Part shown: piece after piece, positions 59,078 through 64,000 of the stretch
Layout: each line of letters starts with the position of its first letter
Position numbering within the stretch: the first letter of the stretch is position 1
Translations under genes and position numbers: made by a program
Assembly: GCA_049516875.1 (NCBI GenBank)
Contig: JBEKSS010000002.1
Location: 128,001 to 192,000, forward strand
Length of the DNA stretch: 64,000 nt
Direction: 5' to 3'
DNA from: Candidatus Bathyarchaeia archaeon
GTDB taxonomy: Archaea > Thermoproteota > Bathyarchaeia > Bathyarchaeales > Bathycorpusculaceae
Notes under the pieces: generated by a model
What the model was told of the DNA's origin: nothing
The model's database searches: none
What the model saw: the letters and a program-made list of their open reading frames with translations, nothing else

Positions 59078-60244
59078 ATGCTGTTTCGGTCTTCTGACAG
59101 AGTCGGCTTGATAAGACCTTCGGCGATTAGAAGAATGCTCGAATGTTCGGCTGGAATGGAAAACCTCGTTCACTTGGAGCAGGGAGAGCCGGACTTCGCG
59201 ACGCCGAAACACATTGTTGAGGTGGCCGTCAGGGCTGCCAGAGACGGTTTTACGCATTACACTGAGGTTGACGGCACCTTGGAACTGCGTGAAGCCGTTG
59301 CTGAGAAGCTCAGGAACGAAAACGGTGTTGATGTTGACTCGAAGACGGAAGTGACCATTACTTCCGGCTCTCAGGAAGCTATGCTCATAACTGCCTTGGG
59401 ATTTCTAAACCGGGGCGACGAAGCTCTGATTCTTGACCCGTACTATCCAGCGTATTCTGAAGACACGTTGATAGCTGAAGCGAAGCCTGTAACAGTTCCG
59501 CTCGATCAGGGCAGGAATTATAGTGTACAGATGGAAGCCTTGGAAGAGAGAATAACGGAAAAGACGAAGATGATTTGGATGTGTAACCCGTGTAATCCGA
59601 CCGGTAATGTGTTCTCAAAACAGGATCTAGAAAACATTGCTGAGGTTGCGCAAGAACACGACTTGATTGTTTTTGCGGATGAAATATATGAAAAACTAGT
59701 CTACGACGGTGCCAAACACCTGAGCATTGGTTCTCTGCCCGGCATGGAGGACAGAACAATTACTGTGAACGGTTTCTCAAAAGCGTATGCAATGACCGGG
59801 TGGAGAATTGGTTACGTAGTGGCCGAGAAGAACCTCTCAGCGACCTTGCGCAAACTGCATTACTACGCAGCATTATGTCCAAACGCATTATCCCAGAAGG
59901 CAGCTGTCGCCGCACTGGCAGGGCCGCAAGACTGCGTTCAAGAAATGCTGAGAGAATACAGTAGAAGAAGAAAACTCGTAATCGACGAGCTTAACCTCAT
60001 CAAGTCTTTACGTTACACGGTGCCAAAAGGAGCGTTCTACGTTTTTCCGGACTTCTCCACATTCGAAAAATCGGATGAAGCTCTTGCTCTGCGTCTGCTA
60101 AGGGAAGCTGGAGTTGTTACCGTGCCCGGGTCTGGTTTCGGAACAGCCGGTGAAGGGCACCTGCGAATTTCGTACTCCGTCTCCTACGAACAAGTCAAAG
60201 AAGGCATGGAGCGCATCAGAACCCATCTTGCTCGCAAACCGTAG
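59078..60244 (+). CDS. class I/II PLP aminotransferase (aspartate aminotransferase-like)
   Basis: GEPDF.TP, NPCNPTG, DEIYE, GFSKAYAMTGWRIGY, GAFY, LRISY. Confidence 0.93.
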   Translation: MLFRSSDRVGLIRPSAIRRMLECSAGMENLVHLEQGEPDFATPKHIVEVAVRAARDGFTHYTEVDGTLELREAVAEKLRNENGVDVDSKTEVTITSGSQEAMLITALGFLNRGDEALILDPYYPAYSEDTLIAEAKPVTVPLDQGRNYSVQMEALEERITEKTKMIWMCNPCNPTGNVFSKQDLENIAEVAQEHDLIVFADEIYEKLVYDGAKHLSIGSLPGMEDRTITVNGFSKAYAMTGWRIGYVVAEKNLSATLRKLHYYAALCPNALSQKAAVAALAGPQDCVQEMLREYSRRRKLVIDELNLIKSLRYTVPKGAFYVFPDFSTFEKSDEALALRLLREAGVVTVPGSGFGTAGEGHLRISYSVSYEQVKEGMERIRTHLARKP

Positions 60245-60262
60245 ACTGCCCCATGGCCCGTG

Positions 60263-60688
60263 CTAGGAGACCTCCCTTTTTACTGTGACCGTTCCTTTCT
60301 CTGCGTCCACCTTCACCAAGTCACCTGTGTGAATGGCTTCAAACGGATCCCTTTCCAACCTGTCCACCAGAGGAACCTTTGCCAAGACTGCGCTGACTAT
60401 GAGCACGGTTTCGACGTCTTTGACTATCATCGCTTTGGGAGCCAGATTGTGTGAAGCCAATTTGAAGAGGCCGTCTATCTGCACGACTGAGCTGGCCTTT
60501 CCTGACGGAAACACGAGCACCTTGTTTGCGAGGTTTTTTCCCGCAAGTTCGTGGGTTTTCTCCCTGACTATGCCCGTTTTCGGGTCTGTGAGATAGAAGC
60601 AGATTGGCTCATGAGAGACCAAAGCCTCGCCTTCCCCGTAACCGCCCACGATCTTGTGACATTTCAGTCTGATTTCCTCTCTTTTCAT
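60263..60688 (-). CDS. aconitase X swiveling (small) subunit, DUF126
   Basis: GEGEALVS, DPKTG, KVLVFPSGKASS, TGDLVKVDA..G. Confidence 0.9.
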   Translation of the reverse strand: MKREEIRLKCHKIVGGYGEGEALVSHEPICFYLTDPKTGIVREKTHELAGKNLANKVLVFPSGKASSVVQIDGLFKLASHNLAPKAMIVKDVETVLIVSAVLAKVPLVDRLERDPFEAIHTGDLVKVDAEKGTVTVKREVS

Positions 60689-61890
60689 TCACATTTCCCC
60701 TTAACCGCTGCTTCCACGCAGTCCTTCAGCCCCGCCACAACAACGTCTCTGAACCTCCGGTAGTAAGCGCATTTAGGCGAGTCGGTCATGCCCACCTTGT
60801 CCTTGTACACGGTCCAACATGGTTCGTCAATGCACGTGTCCACCACAACACACCCGCCAGCCTTTTCTATCGTGTCTACGTAGCCCATTCTTCTAGCGAG
60901 CGTTTTGGTCGTGGCCGACGTGCAAATCCAGAACGATACTCCGCCGTGAATTCTCTTTCCTTCTAACAGCTTTGCGGTTTCTGCCACCTGTTTGAGAGTG
61001 TAATGCGGGCATCCGAGCATTACAAAGTCTATTTTCCCACTTGCTGTCTGAAGCTCTTCCCATGTCTGCTTGAGTTCAGCATCAGTCACGTTAATCTTGT
61101 CCTTTGGGATGTCCCCTTGAAAGGCCTCTTCAACAGTCCGGGCTTCCACTGTGAAACCAGGTATATAGAACATCGACACTGCTCCGGAAGTGTTTGACAT
61201 CGCGCAGAAGTTTATGAGTTCTTCCGTGCTGGGACACCTCGTTATGCCAGTGAACACTGGGATTCCGTAACCTATCTGTTTGCCAACGAACTGCCCCAAA
61301 AGGGTGTAGTCAAAGCTGTCCTTCAAGGCCGCTTCAACCTTGATTAGAACTGTGCCTTTTCGGTTTTGCTTTATGTGCAGCCCATACTTGGGAGTTTTGC
61401 CGACAACTCCTGCTGCGAGAGCACTTTGAGCGGCTTCGCGATTTGTTGTGGCGCCAATGACGGAGTTCACGTAGGGCGTGGCGCTTGATTCCGAAAAGGC
61501 CACGGTTTCACCGAACAGTGGAATGTTCTCTGTAAGATATGGTACGCAACTCCAGCTGAGAATGGCGCCCACTGTCTTGTAGGCTTCCATCACTCTTCGA
61601 GCTACTTCAGCCTCATCGCTCGGAACTTCGAACAATCGATGGAAGAACTCGATGTCGTACACGGGATTTGTGCTGGTCGGGACTCTGCACTTGGCTCCTC
61701 CATTTGCCAAGAGTTCGACGAAGTACAGGTCTCCTTCTTGGCCGCTTGAAGCGGCATGCGCACGAGTGATCGGAATCATTTTTTCAGCGTCGTACGCATC
61801 TCCTATAGCGACAAGCAGTTCAATCGCCTTTTGCATTCCTTGCCCGAGTTCGCCACTGAGCATTTTTTCTTCTTCCCTAGTCAAGTTCAT
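60685..61890 (-). CDS. aconitase X catalytic subunit, DUF521
   Basis: LTREEEKMLSGE.G, SCVPY, ESSA..YVNSVIGA.TNRE, GCPH, DTC, TDSPK. Confidence 0.92.
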   Translation of the reverse strand: MNLTREEEKMLSGELGQGMQKAIELLVAIGDAYDAEKMIPITRAHAASSGQEGDLYFVELLANGGAKCRVPTSTNPVYDIEFFHRLFEVPSDEAEVARRVMEAYKTVGAILSWSCVPYLTENIPLFGETVAFSESSATPYVNSVIGATTNREAAQSALAAGVVGKTPKYGLHIKQNRKGTVLIKVEAALKDSFDYTLLGQFVGKQIGYGIPVFTGITRCPSTEELINFCAMSNTSGAVSMFYIPGFTVEARTVEEAFQGDIPKDKINVTDAELKQTWEELQTASGKIDFVMLGCPHYTLKQVAETAKLLEGKRIHGGVSFWICTSATTKTLARRMGYVDTIEKAGGCVVVDTCIDEPCWTVYKDKVGMTDSPKCAYYRRFRDVVVAGLKDCVEAAVKGKCE

Positions 61891-61930
61891 CTAAGCTCAC
61901 CCTTTCGCACAGATACCTGTCCGCAGGCCG

Positions 61931-62869
61931 TTAGCAAAGGTTTTGCGGACTCCCCTCCAGGAACTTAACAACATTATCGATACAGATGTCGCTGCATCTC
62001 TTCACCGCTTCAACAGTGTGGAAACCTACATGAGGCGTGAGTATTGCGTTACTCAATTCGAATAATGGATTGTCTTTGGGAGGAGGCTCATCTTCAAAAA
62101 CATCCAATCCTGCGCAAGAGACTCTGCCCGATTTCAAAGCCTTTATCAAAGCTTCTTCATCAATTACTTTTCCCTGCGATGTGTTGACTATGACGGCACC
62201 GCTTTTCATTATTTCGAATTCTTTTTTTCCGATAAGCCTCTCCGTTTCGGATGTCAAGGCAACATGCAATGAGATGAAGTCACTCTCCTTAAGCAGCGTG
62301 TGGAGGTCCACGTACTTCATTCCGAGCTCTTTGGCTCTCTTCATGTTGGGATACTTGTCATAGCCTAGAATTTGCATCTCAAAAGCTTTGGCTATCTCTG
62401 CAACTCGGCAACCGATTGAGCCTGTGCCGATGACGCCGAGAGTCTTCCCACGTAATTCGATGCCTCCAAAAGGTCTCCAATCGAAACCGCCTTTTCTCAC
62501 GTGTTTGTCGGCTGACAGCAGTCTTCTGGCCGCTGCCAACAGCAAAGCGAAGGCGTGTTCAGCAACGGCTTCCGTGGCATAGCTTGGAACGTGCGTTACC
62601 ACGATTTCTCTCTCTTTAGCCGCCTGAACATCTGCGTAGTGGCAGCTTGTTGCCCATATTGAAATCATTTTAAGCTTCTTAGCAGAGTTGATGACATCTT
62701 TAGTCAATTTGCTCCAGCCAACTATCACGATGTCGGCTGCCTCTATTCTTAGTTTCAAATCATCAGGTGTTTCGGGTGGCTCTTTGAAAATCTTCAGATT
62801 ACCAAGCGATTGCAGTTTTCTGATGTGCTCTTCTTCGAGATAGATGTGGTCCACGACAACGATATTCAT
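61931..62869 (-). CDS. D-2-hydroxyacid dehydrogenase family protein
   Basis: AVAEH, GKTLGVIGTGSIG, SLHV, GLDVFE.EP, TPHVG. Confidence 0.92.
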   Translation of the reverse strand: MNIVVVDHIYLEEEHIRKLQSLGNLKIFKEPPETPDDLKLRIEAADIVIVGWSKLTKDVINSAKKLKMISIWATSCHYADVQAAKEREIVVTHVPSYATEAVAEHAFALLLAAARRLLSADKHVRKGGFDWRPFGGIELRGKTLGVIGTGSIGCRVAEIAKAFEMQILGYDKYPNMKRAKELGMKYVDLHTLLKESDFISLHVALTSETERLIGKKEFEIMKSGAVIVNTSQGKVIDEEALIKALKSGRVSCAGLDVFEDEPPPKDNPLFELSNAILTPHVGFHTVEAVKRCSDICIDNVVKFLEGSPQNLC

Positions 62870-63021
62870 TTTGCATCATTTTCTAGCATGTAGGCGTTTA
62901 CTTAAATTTTATGTTAATGAAGGGACTCCAATTTGTTGAGGGGCTTCACATCTGCATTTTTCGGAATTTCTTCACCGCTTCATCATCTAGCCTTCTGAGG
63001 AAAAACAAGGATGGATGAGTT

Positions 63022-63717
63022 TTAGCGAGCTCTTGACTGCACTCTTGGTTCAATCAGTGTCCAGAGCCAATCGACGAATTCCTTCAGGTTTTTTGTCTGT
63101 ATGTAGATGTCACCTGGTCCCGTGATGTTTGTCACGAGTCCTTCTCCACCTAGCAAGGTTTCTTTCAGTCCGCCGAATTTCGTGACTTTGTAGCTGCAGG
63201 TGCTGCTGAAGGCTACCAAATGGAAGTTGTCAACTATCATTGATTGTCCAGGTCTGAGCGTGTGCTTGTCCACGGCCCCGAAAGTGTTTATGAAGAGGTT
63301 TCCATTGCCTGTTACTCTTATCATGAAGAGACCTTGGCCGAACAGTCCTTTCGTGAAACCTTCCCATTGGGCATCCAAGTCCACGTCTTGCGTTGAGGCT
63401 ACGTAGGCGGCTTTCTGTATTACGTAGCCTTGGTCAGGTCTTATTTCAAGCATTTCAATGTCGCCCACAGGGGCAGAAACGAGTCCTACCTCGCCAGCTC
63501 CCTGCGCCGATGTGTAGTCGTTAACCCAGAAAGACTGTCTTCCGATGATTGCCAGGCCTAAGCTGCCAAGAAGACTCTTCTCTCTCTTGCGCGTGTGCAC
63601 TTCTATGTTTGGATCCATGTAGGTCATCGCTCCGGCCTCGGCTGTTATTGTTTCGCCTTGTTCCAAGTTCACGACAAGCATTGAATAGGACGGCTTGTAC
63701 CTTATGTCACATCTCAA
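63022..63717 (-). CDS. TIGR00266/AIM24 family protein
   Basis: AEAGAM.YM, GEGL/GQGLF repeats, VDNFHLVAF, GPG.IYIQT. Confidence 0.9.
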   Translation of the reverse strand: MRCDIRYKPSYSMLVVNLEQGETITAEAGAMTYMDPNIEVHTRKREKSLLGSLGLAIIGRQSFWVNDYTSAQGAGEVGLVSAPVGDIEMLEIRPDQGYVIQKAAYVASTQDVDLDAQWEGFTKGLFGQGLFMIRVTGNGNLFINTFGAVDKHTLRPGQSMIVDNFHLVAFSSTCSYKVTKFGGLKETLLGGEGLVTNITGPGDIYIQTKNLKEFVDWLWTLIEPRVQSRAR

Positions 63718-64000
63718 CTGAAGCCCTCCACTTTCTACATTGCATTAACTCTGCTTATAACTTGTGCCAGAACTTCGTTCATCCTTTATACAAGTGCTCA
63801 AAGCTGAGGATATTCAGGCCGGATGATGCAGAACAATCTCTCTTTTTTGAGTCTCCAAGAATCTTGTGTTTTTGAAGAAGATGCTTTTGAATTTGAAGAT
63901 TCATTTTCATAAGACTTTTATATGTGTTGACTTGTGGTATTGTGTAATTAAGTTTGGATTAAGGTGCTTTAATGGAGCCTAGCAAGAAGCCGTTGAACGT

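Noticed and set aside
1-64000. CRISPR arrays, rRNA, intact transposases or integrases, inteins
   Set aside because: None seen on reading: no regularly spaced repeats, DDE/tyrosine-recombinase motifs or intein termini

Overview
Archaeal chromosomal window (about 46-48% GC by eye). Gene content suggests Ca. Bathyarchaeia (inference): Fwd/Mch Wood-Ljungdahl genes, two HdrA paralogues without HdrBC, a complete Cdv/ESCRT-III operon, NreA, NucS, Lhr, cohesin/dockerin surface proteins and intron-containing tRNAs. It holds about 55 protein genes, three tRNAs, one TPP riboswitch and a decayed element next to tRNA-Lys. The most striking sequence-level result is a tRNA-Tyr(GUA) gene at 57237-57450 interrupted by four introns (30/31, 37/38, 53/54, 59/60). 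Each has a bulge-helix-bulge (BHB)-like fold, and removing them restores a perfect 77-nt tRNA. Other leads: a tRNA-Asp intron at the rare 48/49 position; a 15-bp motif shared upstream of the cdv operon and a distant orphan cdvA-like gene; three clustered COG1665-type nucleotidyltransferases between mobB and the fwd operon; an fwdF-hdrA-hdrA/mvhD operon lacking hdrBC; and a cohesin/dockerin/CARDB surface cluster sharing an unnamed domain. All calls come from reading motifs by eye; no searches were run.
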